A program made the position numbers and the translations under genes. From the NCBI GenBank assembly GCA_963813155.1, contig CAWEYG010000003.1, positions 928,001-992,000 on the forward strand: a stretch of DNA of 64,000 nucleotides, written 5' to 3'. Source of the DNA: an uncultured Acidobacteriota bacterium (lineage in GTDB: Bacteria > Acidobacteriota > Thermoanaerobaculia > UBA5066 > DATFVB01). The notes under the pieces are model-generated. The model ran no database searches. It worked only from the letters and a program-made list of their open reading frames with translations, and had not been told where the DNA came from. Each line of letters begins with the position of its first letter. The stretch's first letter is position 1. Shown here piece by piece: positions 49,838 to 60,220 of the stretch.

Positions 49838-51752
49838 CTACTTGACCGCCGTTCCGGGAGGAACCTCCGACTCGGGCGCCAGGAGAACCGGTTCGCCGCT
49901 GTCGGGAAGCGAGGCGGCGAGGACCATCCCGTTGGATTGCTGCCCCATGAGAGTCGCGGGTTGGAGGTTCGCGACGATGATGACGGTCTTCCCGACGAGC
50001 TGTTCGGGCGAGTAGCGGGTCGCAATTCCGGCCACGATCTGGCGCCTCTCGCTGCCGAGATCGACCTCGAGGCGCATCAGTTTCTTCGATTTCGGCACCG
50101 GTTCCGCCGCCACGATCCGGGCCGTCCGGAGCTCGATCTTTCGAAACTCGTCGATCGTGATCTTCGAGGGGCTTTCCGGCTTCTCCTCCTGCTCCATCGT
50201 CAATCCTTCCTTCTTTTCGAAATATTCGTTGGGATCGGCCCGGGGAAAGAGGGGCGCGGCTTCCGGCAGCGGCTTCCCGGTGGGCAGCTGGCCCCAGTCC
50301 AACTCCGCACCGGCCGGCGGGGAACCCGCCCCGAGGGCGGCAAGGGCCTTCGGCGACATCGAGGGCAACGCCGGCGCGAGGGCCGCCGCAGCGATCCGCG
50401 CGCCTTCCGTGGAAGCGTACAGGATCTGCGCGAGGCGCGACGTGGCGCCTTCGAGGCGAGCCATTTTCCACGGCTGTTTCGACGCGAGATAGCCGTCGAC
50501 CGTCTTCAAGAGGGCCGCGACCGCTTCGAGACCGCGGGAAAACTCGAATCGTTCGAACGATTCGGAGAGAACGCGCACCGCCTCCTCCGCCGCCGGGCGG
50601 ATCTCGTCGCCGTCGCCAGCCTCGGGAGGAGTTCCACCGAACGAGTTCCGGCAGAGCTGCGCGACCCGCGAGACCGCGTTTCCCAGGCCGTTCGCGAGAT
50701 CGGCGTTGTAACGGTCGAGGAAGGCTTCGTCCGAGAAATTCGCATCCGCCCCGAAAACCATCTCGCGAAGGAGGAAATACCTCAACGCGTCGGGACCGAA
50801 TCGCGCGACCAGGGCGTCGGGCCGAACGACGTTTCCCGTCGTCTTCGACATCTTCCTTTCGTCGCGGAGCCACCAGCCGTGGACGCAGATCCGCGAAGGA
50901 AGCGGCAGTCCCGCCGAGAGCAGGAATGCGGGCCAGTACACCGAATGGAACCGCAGGATGTCCTTCCCGACGACGTGGATCCGCTCTGCCGGCGGGATCC
51001 GCCCAATAGCGGCGGTACTTCGAGTCGTCCGGGCCGCCGAACCCGAGCGCGGTGATGTAGTTCGCCAGAGCGTCGAGCCAGACGTAGACGACATGGCCCG
51101 GGTGGTTGGGAAACGGAATGCCCCACGACAGGTTCGTGCGCGAGACCGAAAGGTCTTTCAGGCCGGATTCGACGAACGAGCGCACCTCGTTGAAGCGGGA
51201 TTCCGGTGACACGAAATCCGGATGATCGCGGAAGTGAGCGAGCAACGCGTCCTGGTGGCGCGACAGGCGGAAAAACACGTTTTCCTCCGACTGCCACGCG
51301 CACGGGGTTCGATGGTCGGGGCAAAGCTTCCCGTCGACGAGCTCCTTTTCGGTGTAATACGTTTCGCACGCGGTGCAGTACCAGCCCTCGTGGCGCGCCG
51401 TGTAGAGGTCCCCGGCGGCCTCGACTCGCCGGATCAGCTCGAGAACGCCGAGCCGGTGCCTTTCTTCCGTCGTTCGGATGAAATCGTCGTTCGTGATCGA
51501 AAGCGTCTTCCACCAGTCGTGGTACCGCGAGACGACACGGTCCGCCAGCTCGAGCGGAGAGATGCCCCTCTCGGCGGCGGCGCGCTCGATTTTCTGGCCG
51601 TGCTCGTCGGTCCCGGTGAGAAAGTAGACGTCTTCCCCCCGGGCCCGGCGAAAACGCGCGACCGTGTCGGCCACGAGCGTCGTGTAGAGATGACCGACGT
51701 GAGGGAGGTCGTTCACATAGTAGATCGGCGTCGTGACGTAGTACTTTCCCAT
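49838..51752 (-). CDS. metG: methionine--tRNA ligase (frameshift near 50995)
   Basis: TTPIYYVN..HVGH, GTDEHG, GKDILRFH, KMSKT, C-terminal tRNA-binding domain. Confidence 0.95.
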
Positions 51753-51759
51753 CGGTAGG

Positions 51760-52440
51760 CTAGAGAACTCCCCGCTCCTTGAGCGAAACGCAGCCGGTCC
51801 GGCCGACGATCACGTGGTCGAGGAGCCGGATTCCGAGCGACTCCGCGGCCCGCCGGAGGCGCCGGGTGAATTCCACGTCTTCGGCCGACGGGGCCGGGTC
51901 TCCCGACGGGTGATTGTGGTACAAAATCACCGCCGCCGCATCTTCCAGCAGGGCGTTCTTGCAGATCTCGCGGGGCTCCACGAGCGCCCGGTCGAGCGTT
52001 CCGCGATAGCACTCCAGGTCTTTGATCAGCCGGTGCTTCGCGTCGAGGAGAAGGGCGCCCGTGCGCTCCTGAGTGTGGCGGCCGTGGTTGGCGGTCAGAT
52101 AGGACTCGACGACTTCCGGATTGGAAAATTTCAGCCGCTCGACCTTCTCGTTGGAGACGCGCTTCGCGAGCTCGAGGGCAGCCGCGAGCGTGACGGCCTG
52201 AACCGGGCCGAGCCGGTTCCCTTTGACGAGCTGGGGCACCGACAGCGTCGCGAGCCGGCCGACCCCGCCGGCCTCCGCGAGGATCGCCTGCGCGAGCGCG
52301 AGAGCGCCTTCGCCCTTCTTTCCGGTCCTCAACAGGATCGCGAGCAACTCCTCGGTCTTCAACGCCTCCGCCCCGAGCCGCGCCAGGCGCTCTCGCGGGC
52401 GCTCGTTCGAAGGAAGGTCCCGCAAAAGGGATGTCTTCAT
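51760..52440 (-). CDS. radC: RadC/JAB domain protein
   Basis: RPRERL, ELLAILLRTG, HNHPSGDPAPSAED, LLDH. Confidence 0.93.
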   Translation of the reverse strand: MKTSLLRDLPSNERPRERLARLGAEALKTEELLAILLRTGKKGEGALALAQAILAEAGGVGRLATLSVPQLVKGNRLGPVQAVTLAAALELAKRVSNEKVERLKFSNPEVVESYLTANHGRHTQERTGALLLDAKHRLIKDLECYRGTLDRALVEPREICKNALLEDAAAVILYHNHPSGDPAPSAEDVEFTRRLRRAAESLGIRLLDHVIVGRTGCVSLKERGVL

Positions 52441-53552
52441 CGAGCGAGCTCGCGGTACAGGTCTTCGATCCGGCGGAGACGAACGTCCGAGGAGAAGCCG
52501 GCCTCGACGCGCTTCCGGGCGGCCTGGGCGAGCCGCCGGCTCCGTTCACGGTCCGTCGCGATCGCGACGATCGCCCGGGCAACCGCCTCGGGATCCCGGA
52601 CCGGAACGAGAAGGCCCGACTCCTGGTCCACGACGAGCTCGGGGTTGCCGCCCGCGGCGGTCGCGATCACCGGCTTCTCGAGCGCCATCGCTTCGCGAAT
52701 GGTCCCCGTGACACCGAGCCCTTCATAGGACAGGTCGATTGCCGCGTCGGCCGCCATCAGGACGTCCGGCATGTCATAGCGGAAACCGACCGGCAGAACC
52801 GCGTCGCCGACTCCCCGGCTCGCCGCATAGTCGGCGACTTCCTTTTTCTGTTCTTCGCTCTTGCATGCCACGATCGCCGTCCTCAACCGGGGCACCGACT
52901 TCCGGGCGATGGCTGTCGCTTCGACGAGGTGTTTCCACCCTTTCCATTCGCGGGCGCCGACCTGAACGAGCAGAAACTCTTCCGGGCCGATCCCCCACTC
53001 GGCGCGCACCTTTCCGCGGTCGAGGCGGGCGGGATCGAAAACCGCGGGATCGACCCCCGCGTAGATGACCCTCACCTGGCCGGCCCTCAGCCTGCCGGAC
53101 TGGACGATGACCCTCTTGATGTCCTCGCACACCGTGACAACCGCGCCGAGCCGCACATGGAACTTGATGCGATTGAAGGCATCGAGCGGGAACGACACTC
53201 CGCGGTTGACGACGATCGCGGGACGGCGCGGCCCGAGAAACGTCGCCTCGAGCGCAATCGAGTGCGCGATTCCCTTGTGGACGTGAACGACCTCCACCTC
53301 TCGTTCGCGATAGACCCGCGCCAGTCGGAGCGCCGAACCGACGTCGAACTCGTTGCGCATCGGAAGCGCCAGAAAGTCGACGCCCGCCGCCCGGCACCTG
53401 TCGCGGATCTGCCCGTCTCCGCGGGAAACCACCGCGACCCGGTGCCCGCGCCGGCTCAGGTTCTCGGCGAGCTGAAACATCTGCACGACCGAGCCCGTGT
53501 TGAAATGTCCCTTCTCGAGGACCTGAAGGACCGAGAGCGGCCGGAAGCTCAT
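52437..53552 (-). CDS. glycosyltransferase family 4
   Basis: EGLGVTGTIREAMALEKPVIATAAGGNPE; own ATG at 53552. Confidence 0.85.
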   Translation of the reverse strand: MSFRPLSVLQVLEKGHFNTGSVVQMFQLAENLSRRGHRVAVVSRGDGQIRDRCRAAGVDFLALPMRNEFDVGSALRLARVYREREVEVVHVHKGIAHSIALEATFLGPRRPAIVVNRGVSFPLDAFNRIKFHVRLGAVVTVCEDIKRVIVQSGRLRAGQVRVIYAGVDPAVFDPARLDRGKVRAEWGIGPEEFLLVQVGAREWKGWKHLVEATAIARKSVPRLRTAIVACKSEEQKKEVADYAASRGVGDAVLPVGFRYDMPDVLMAADAAIDLSYEGLGVTGTIREAMALEKPVIATAAGGNPELVVDQESGLLVPVRDPEAVARAIVAIATDRERSRRLAQAARKRVEAGFSSDVRLRRIEDLYRELAR

Positions 53553-53561
53553 CGGAGAGAA

Positions 53562-54590
53562 CTCAACGGTGACGACGATCTTTCCATGCTGCTTGCCGGA
53601 TTCCATGCGTTCGAACGCCTGGCGGACCGATTCGACCGGCAGGACCGAATCCACCCGCGGGCGCAGCCGGCCCGCGAACACGGCGGAAAGAAGCGACCGG
53701 AACTCGCGATCGTTCGCCATCGTCGAGCCCAGGATCGAGATCTGATTCCAGAAGATCAGCCGGATTTCTTCCTTCGGGTTCGGCCCGGAGGTCGCTCCGC
53801 AGGTCACGATGCGCCCTCCCCTGGCCACGCTCCTCAAAGATATCATCCAGGTGGAGTCGCCCACGGTGTCGACCACGACGTCGCATCCTCGCTTTTGCGT
53901 GGTCCCGGAGACCGCTTTGCGGACGTCTTCGTCCCGATAGTTCCATGCCTGTTCCGCGCCGGCCGCGCGGGCCGCCGCGAGCTTTTCCGGCTCGGACGAC
54001 GTCACGAAGACGCGGGCGCCCGCGAGCAGCGCGATTTCGAGCGCGGCCCAGGCGACGCCCCCGCCGATCCCGTGAATCAGGACGGTCTCGCCCGGGCGCA
54101 GGACCGCCCGGCCGATGAGCATCCTCCAGGCGGTCTGGTAGGCGAGGGGAAACGCGGCCGCCTGCTCGAACGACATCGAGTCGGGAATCCGAAAGACGTT
54201 GCGAGCGGGCAGCGCGACCCGTTCCGCGAAGGTCCCCGCGACGTGCTCGCCCAGGAGCCTGTATTTCACGCACAGGCTCTGCTCTCCGCCGCGGCAGAAT
54301 TCGCAGGCGTTGCAATAGAGCCCGGGCTGAATCAGGACCCGGTCGCCGACCTGCAGAGATTCGACGTCCGGGCCGAGCGACTCGACCACGCCGGCGCCGT
54401 CCGAGCCCGGAATGTGCGGCAGCGCGATCGGAACGTTCGGAAGACCGTCGCGAACGAAGATATCGAGATGATTCATCGCCGCGGCGCGGATCCGGACGAC
54501 CGCGTCCCCCGGGCCGGGCCGGGGATCGGGCCGTTCGCCGATTCGCAGCACTTCGTTGCCGCCGTGAGAGTCGAAGTAAACGGCTTTCAT
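53562..54590 (-). CDS. zinc-binding (MDR) dehydrogenase; stop codon probably lost by a 1-nt error
   Basis: NHLD, PGSDGAG, CNACEFC...C structural Zn site, ILGSTM, GKIVV terminus. Confidence 0.85.
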
Positions 54591-54612
54591 GCTTTCCCTT
54601 TCCGTTCGGCCA

Positions 54613-56181
54613 TCAGTTCAAGTAGCCGAGGGACTTGAGCTTCCGCAGGTATTCCCGCCCCGAAGCCGATTCCTCCGCCGCGGGTTCGCGCGAGGTCCGG
54701 GTCCCGAAGGTGGGAACCCGGCGTTCCTCGAGCGCTCCGGCCGCGAAGAGACCGGAAAGCGGAGAGCCCTCGAGGTCGCGCGCCGGCGGAATCCCGAGGC
54801 GCGCGAGAATGGTCGGGGCGAGATCCTCGGCGCGAGCCGGCGTTCGCGACGAGCCGGTCGCCGCCGAATCGACGAACGCGGCGGCCCCCTCATCTCCCGC
54901 CCGGCCGGCATCCACGATGATCCAGAGACTCTCCTCGCCCGCCTTCGCCCTCTGCATCTCCTCCTGCACGAATCGGCGCGCGCCGTCGGAGAGACCTTCG
55001 CGATCGATGTCGGCCCCGGGCAGGTAGATCGCCGAAAGCAGCGGCCGGACCCGGAGCCGCGCCTCGCGCAGCCGGGCGACCGCATATTCGTCGACTTCCG
55101 CGCCCGAGCGCGCCCGTGCGGCGATCTCGGAGTTGTCGACGACTTCAGCGCCCGCAACTTTTTCGGAAGCCCACCAGTTCACCGCCGAGGTCGCGATTCC
55201 GCAGCGGTTAGCGACCTCCCAGAACGCGTAGGCGCGGCGTTCCGCGCCGGAGACCGGAAGGCGGCCGGCGACGCCCGCCCAGCGCAGCGGGCCCCGAAAG
55301 GCCCACCCGGTGAACAACGGCGGGCGAACGGCCGTCGTTCCGAGCAGCGACGCGCGTTCGAATGCCGCCACGCCGTGCCTCGAGGGAGAGACTCCGGTCG
55401 CAATCGTGCTCCAGATCTCAGGCGGAGGACCGGTCCGGCGCCGCCAGGAGACCGAAGGAGCGCCCGGAGCCAGGAGCGCGAGAGATTGAGGTGCGACGCC
55501 GTCGAGACCAACGACGAGGAGCGGAATTCGCCGTTGAGACACCGTCACGTTCGGAAACCGCGCCTCCCCGCTCCCTCTCCACGCGGACATCGAGGAAGCC
55601 GCGAGCACCAGGATCAGCGCGATGACCGAGCCGCGGCGGAACGCCGGCCGGTCCGGAAGAGAAACGTGGCGCCGCAGCGTCAACGACAGCGACGTCGCGC
55701 GAGCCGCCCGCGCGAAATAGAACGCGGTGATACAAACCGGAATGAGGGCGAGGACGGGATGACCCCGGCCCCCCGCGGGAAGTCGGCGCACGCCGACGGC
55801 ATAGAACGCGAAGACGAGCGCCGCCGCCGCCGCCCCCGCGAGCGCCGCCGTGCGATTCGGACGTTCCGGAGCGCGGACCGCTCGGGAAAGGAGATAGAGC
55901 GCCGCGCCCGCGGCGGCGGCGGGAAGAAGCTCGACCGCAAAGAGAACCGCGAAGAGCAGAAATACTCCGGCGGCCGGCGCGGCGGCGCCCCGCGACGCGA
56001 CGGCGGCAGCCGAAGCCGTCGCCAGGGCCACGGCGCCGGAAACGACGGTCGGAGCGATCGCGCCCGACGCGCGTGGCGCGGTGAAGATCGCCCGTTCGAG
56101 GCCCGCGTCGAGGTAGCCCTGCGAACGAAGCCTTTCGCGAACCTTCTCGAGCGTCGGGGAAGGAGCGTTTTCGGCGCTCAT
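54613..56181 (-). CDS. membrane protein with alkaline phosphatase/sulfatase-like C-terminal domain
   Basis: TM cluster, VVGLDG, WSTIATG, DLAPTIL, LKSLGYL terminus. Confidence 0.75.
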   Translation of the reverse strand: MSAENAPSPTLEKVRERLRSQGYLDAGLERAIFTAPRASGAIAPTVVSGAVALATASAAAVASRGAAAPAAGVFLLFAVLFAVELLPAAAAGAALYLLSRAVRAPERPNRTAALAGAAAAALVFAFYAVGVRRLPAGGRGHPVLALIPVCITAFYFARAARATSLSLTLRRHVSLPDRPAFRRGSVIALILVLAASSMSAWRGSGEARFPNVTVSQRRIPLLVVGLDGVAPQSLALLAPGAPSVSWRRRTGPPPEIWSTIATGVSPSRHGVAAFERASLLGTTAVRPPLFTGWAFRGPLRWAGVAGRLPVSGAERRAYAFWEVANRCGIATSAVNWWASEKVAGAEVVDNSEIAARARSGAEVDEYAVARLREARLRVRPLLSAIYLPGADIDREGLSDGARRFVQEEMQRAKAGEESLWIIVDAGRAGDEGAAAFVDSAATGSSRTPARAEDLAPTILARLGIPPARDLEGSPLSGLFAAGALEERRVPTFGTRTSREPAAEESASGREYLRKLKSLGYLN

Positions 56182-57069
56182 GATCGGCGGTCCCGCAGCG
56201 CGTACGCGAGGTCGGCGAGCGGACCGGCGCGGCGCCCGAGAGGCGAGACGGCGGCCGCCGACGCTTCCGTGAGCTCTCCCGGCGATCGTTCGGGCGATGT
56301 CGGGGCCGAGGATTTTCGCGAAATTCGCCCGATGCCCCTCTCCGCGCGCTTTCTTTCCCGTCCGGGCCTGGTCTCCCTCGACCTCGAGGAGGTCGTCGAC
56401 GATCTGAAACGCAAGGCCGAGGTTCTTCGCGTATCGGGTCATCGCCTCGATCTCTTCCTCCGACGCGCGCGCCGCGATCGCTCCTCCGCGCGCCGCCGCC
56501 ACGAAGAGCTCGCCCGTCTTGAGAGCATGGATTCGCTCGAGCTCGTCGAGCCCGGCGCGCAGAGGGTCCGACGAGAGGTCCGCGTCCTGCCCGCGGCAGC
56601 AGCCCTTTTCGCCCGAAGCCCGCGCGAGCTCGGCGACGAGGCGCGACCGAATTCGCGGAGGCAAGCCGGGGGCCGCGGCGAGAATCTCGAACGCTCGATT
56701 GATCAGCGAAATTGCCGCGAGGATCGCCGTCGACTCGCCGAACTGCCGGTGGAGCGCCGGGGCCCCGCGCCGCACGGAGCCGTCGTCCATGGACGGAAGG
56801 TCGTCGAAGACGAGCGACGCCGCATGGACCGCCTCGATCGCGACCCCCAGATCGAGCAGGGGCTCTTCGGGCCCGCGAAAGAGAAGGCCGGACGCGACGG
56901 CGACGAGCGCTCGAATCCTCTTGCCGGAGGAGAGGAGAGCCCCTCGCATCGCCTGAGAAAGCCGCGAGTCGTCCCCCGGGAGCGACGCGGCCAATCTTTG
57001 GTCGAGAGCAGGACGAAACCGGTTCGAGAATCTCTCGAAGGAATGGGCCGGCTTCCGGACTGGGGTCAA
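56178..57069 (-). CDS. ispA: polyprenyl diphosphate synthase (frameshift near 56270)
   Basis: GKRIR, DDLPSMDD...RRG, GQDADL, KTG, FQIVDDLL; start approximate. Confidence 0.85.
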
Positions 57070-57407
57070 GCTCCGAAGCTGGCGACGGCTTCCGATTCGA
57101 CTTCGTACACGTCGAAAACGGTGATCAACTGGGTCACGGTGAGGACGTCCTGGATCTTCGGCGGCAGGTGGAGAAGACGCAACTTTCCGCCCTTGTTCGT
57201 CACCGTGGTGTAGCAGCCGACCAGTTCGCCGATTCCGGAAGAGTCGATAGCGGTCACTTCCTTCATTTCGACGAGAATGTTGGTCTTTCCCGATTCGAGG
57301 AGCTTCGTGATCGTGTCCCGGAGTTGAATATCGCCCGAACCGATCGTGATCTTGCCCTTCAACTCGATGATCGCCACGTTTCCCGAATCCCTCAAGTTCG
57401 CCTTCAT
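57066..57407 (-). CDS. anti-sigma factor antagonist (STAS)
   Basis: IDSSGIGELV phosphoacceptor motif; GGAGG RBS. Confidence 0.92.
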   Translation of the reverse strand: MKANLRDSGNVAIIELKGKITIGSGDIQLRDTITKLLESGKTNILVEMKEVTAIDSSGIGELVGCYTTVTNKGGKLRLLHLPPKIQDVLTVTQLITVFDVYEVESEAVASFGA

Positions 57408-57421
57408 TCCTGGGCCTCCTC

Positions 57422-57859
57422 TTAATCCTGTCCGGCGGCAACCAATTTCTTTTCGAGCACGACCTGGGTGCCGCCGAGCGAGAAATCGTATCGTACATCG
57501 TCCATGAACGTCTTCATGTAGAAAATGCCCCGTCCCGAAGTCTTCAGGCGATTCTCCGGCGCGAGCGGATCAGCCACATCGTCCGGCCGGAAGCCCTGGC
57601 CTTCGTCCCCGATCCGCATCCGAAAAACGTCGCCATCGACCTCCATCGTGATCGAGACCCTTTTCTCGGCATCTCCCGCGTTTCCGTGCTTGATCGCGTT
57701 CGCCATGCCTTCCCGCAACGCCATCGAGATCGCGTGCGTCGTGTCGGCGGAAAGCTTCCACGGCTTCAGGATGTGGTCGCAGATGTACTGCGCGAGCTCG
57801 ATGTTGTCGAACGAGCTCGCGATCGAGAGGGTCACGGGAGGAACTTGCTGCGTTTTCAT
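57422..57859 (-). CDS. anti-sigma factor / Ser kinase (RsbW-like HATPase)
   Basis: EGMANAIKHGN, DEGQGF, GRGIFYMKTFMD. Confidence 0.9.
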   Translation of the reverse strand: MKTQQVPPVTLSIASSFDNIELAQYICDHILKPWKLSADTTHAISMALREGMANAIKHGNAGDAEKRVSITMEVDGDVFRMRIGDEGQGFRPDDVADPLAPENRLKTSGRGIFYMKTFMDDVRYDFSLGGTQVVLEKKLVAAGQD

Positions 57860-57907
57860 TTCCTTGATTTCGCACGAAAGATACTCGATATGCGAGAATG
57901 CGGCAAG

Positions 57908-59068
57908 ATGGCAGGTGGCGGGTTTCGCCGGGTCCGGTGGACCGGGCTCGTGGTGCTCCTGGCCGCCTGGGCGGCCGCGGCGGAGGAATCCCCGAAGCTG
58001 GAATTGGCCCAAAAAACGGTCGAAAAGGTCCGCGGGCGCCAGTTCAAGCGTCCCGTTCCGGCCGAAGAAATCGACGCGGCGAGGCTCCGATCCGATCTCG
58101 CAAAAAAGTTCGACGAGGGCCTCGCGACGGACAGCGAAGCCTACTTCCGCTCCCTCGCCGCGCTGGGGGCGATCTCCGACGGGGACCTCGTCAACCTCCG
58201 GGACCGCCTCCTCGATTTCTACGGGTCCCAGGTCCTCGCCTTCTACGACCCCTCGGTCGGGAAATTCTTCATCTCCCGGTCGGGCCGGGAGAGGCTCTCG
58301 GGCTTCGGAGACTCCGAAGAGACCCTTCTCCTCACGCACGAGCTGACACACGCTCTTCAGGACCAGACGCTCTCCCTCGACCGGCGGATGCGAGCTCTGC
58401 GAGACGACGGCGACGCGGCGCTCGCTCTCCAGAGCCTGCTCGAGGGAGAGGCGACGGAGGTCATGATCGAGGGCGCCGTCGGCGAAATCCCGGATGCGGA
58501 AGAGGGAATCGAGGCGGCGCTCGCGCCCCTCCTGACCGCGGGACTGGCCGACCTCGATCCGGAAGCGAAGAACGTCCCCGAGTTCTTCACCCAGCAGCTC
58601 TTTTTCCCGTACAGCGACGGCACGGCCTACGTCCGCGCGTTCAAGAAACGCGGCGGGTGGAAAGCGATCGACCGGCTCTGGATCGAACCGCCGGGTTCGA
58701 CGGCGGAGATTCTCCATCCGGGATCGAAGATCGCCGCCGCCGCGAATCTCCTGCCCGAGCGTCTCGCCGCCCCTCCCGGCGCCACGCTCGCGTACCGGGA
58801 CACTCTCGGCGAGTGGACCCTCCGTTTTCTCCTGCGCCGCGCCGGGGCCCCCGACCCGGACAAGCTGGCCGCCGCGTGGCGGGGAGATCGGTTCGCGTTC
58901 TTCCGGAAGGGAGACCGGGTCGTCTACGCCGGGAGGATTCGGACGACGGACGCTTCCTCGGCGGCAACGATCCTCGCCGCCTGGGTGAAGGTTTCTCCCG
59001 GCTCGCGAGGCGTCGTTCGCGGCAGCGACCTCGTCGTCTTCACGGGCTACGAACAACCGCCGATCTGA
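57908..59068 (+). CDS. secreted putative zinc metallopeptidase-like protein
   Basis: Signal peptide; AFYDP, HELTHALQDQ, LLEGEAT, FPYSDG, STAEILHP. Confidence 0.75.
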   Translation: MAGGGFRRVRWTGLVVLLAAWAAAAEESPKLELAQKTVEKVRGRQFKRPVPAEEIDAARLRSDLAKKFDEGLATDSEAYFRSLAALGAISDGDLVNLRDRLLDFYGSQVLAFYDPSVGKFFISRSGRERLSGFGDSEETLLLTHELTHALQDQTLSLDRRMRALRDDGDAALALQSLLEGEATEVMIEGAVGEIPDAEEGIEAALAPLLTAGLADLDPEAKNVPEFFTQQLFFPYSDGTAYVRAFKKRGGWKAIDRLWIEPPGSTAEILHPGSKIAAAANLLPERLAAPPGATLAYRDTLGEWTLRFLLRRAGAPDPDKLAAAWRGDRFAFFRKGDRVVYAGRIRTTDASSAATILAAWVKVSPGSRGVVRGSDLVVFTGYEQPPI

Positions 59069-59174
59069 CCCGAGGGCTCGCCCCCCTCACCCGGCGCGCT
59101 CGTGGCGCGCCACCCTCGCGCTGACACTGCCTCAAAGGCTGCCCGCGGGGAGAGGGAAATCGGACGGAGAGCTC

Positions 59175-59955
59175 TTAGAGTCCGAGCGCGAACGGTATCA
59201 GGACGAAGATCTCGAACGCGTCGAAGGCTCCGTGCGCGACGACGGCCGGCAGGACGTTTCGATACAACTCGAACGTCAGCGCGAGCACCGAAGCGAGGAT
59301 GAAGATGCCCACGAGCAGAAGCGGCTGCCCGTACACGCCGTGCGCGAGCGTGAAGAAGATCGTGGCGCCGACCGCGCCGATCCGCGGTTGCAGGAACGAC
59401 CGAAAGAACGCCTCTTCGAAAACCATCGCCGAGACGACGATCGCGATCTTGAAGGCGACGGGCAGCGCCAGGATCCACGGGATCACGGGCGAGATCTCCG
59501 GCTTCGCCGCCGCTCCCCCGTGCGTGCCGATCGCAAGCTGGAGCACGAGCATTCCCGCGATCGAAACTCCCCAGGCGAAAGCGGCGATGGGAAATCCGAT
59601 CAGCAGGAGCCGCACCGGCCGGTCGGTTCGAATCGCGAGAAAATCGACCAGCGGCCCTGCGGCCCGACAGAAAGTAGTAGACGACCAGGAAAACGAGGAA
59701 GACGGCGTGGAGCGCGAAAGCCGAAGCGAGCGACAACTCCTTCGGCGTCGCCGGACGCCCGGACAAACCCACGGAGAACGGAGCGACCACGCAAACCAGC
59801 AGAACCAGCACCAGGAGGAAGATCGCGGCGTGCCTTCGAGCGGGGGTCGGGAACGCGTCGCGGTCGAATCCGCCCCGCCGGAGCCCCCGGGTGAGAAAGA
59901 CCGTCACGGAGAGCACTCCGATCAGGAACAGGATCCCGAAAACGGCGAGATTCAC
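59175..59955 (-). CDS. CPBP (Abi/CAAX) intramembrane metalloprotease (frameshift near 59650)
   Basis: EEAFFR, FTLAH, AHGAFD. Confidence 0.82.
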
Positions 59956-60110
59956 GCGCGCAGCAGTTGGGAGGCTCGCGCCGAGAGATCGGTCGCGATC
60001 AAGATGTCCGCCGATTCGCTTTTTGCCACTTCGACGCGCAGATTACCACGACTGGATCGAGGTCCCCGCCGGGACCGAATCGCGCTCCGTTTGTTAGAAT
60101 CGTCGCATTC

Positions 60111-60185
60111 GGGCGGTTAGCTCAGCGGTAGAGCGCCTGCTTTACACGCAGGATGTCGCAGGTTCGAATCCTGCACCGCCTACCA
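60111..60185 (+). tRNA. tRNA-Val (TAC)
   Basis: GGGCGGTTAGCTCAG...CCTGC-TTTACAC-GCAGG...GGTTCGAATCC...CCA; TAGAAT at 60095. Confidence 0.97.
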
Positions 60186-60220
60186 ATCTATCGTACTGGC
60201 GTCGGCCGCCGGGAAACGCT

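Noticed and set aside
49059-51752. 897-aa MetG-TatD fusion ORF
   Set aside because: Created by the metG frameshift; the middle is out-of-frame sequence and the true MetG C-terminus is in another frame
51760-52440. radC as a marker of a mobile element
   Set aside because: Full-length form embedded in a housekeeping operon with metG and tatD; no integrase nearby
52437-54590. 717-aa zinc dehydrogenase-glycosyltransferase fusion
   Set aside because: The junction ACC GTT GAG would read ACC GTT TGA with one extra T, exactly at the normal GKIVVTV end, and the GT4 has its own ATG. Given the indel rate this is probably an artifact; check the reads.
54613-57498. 961-aa prenyltransferase-phosphatase fusion ORF
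   Set aside because: Frameshift near 56270; the IspA C-terminus ends at 56178 overlapping the next ATG, and the ORF's N-terminus overlaps the STAS gene out of frame
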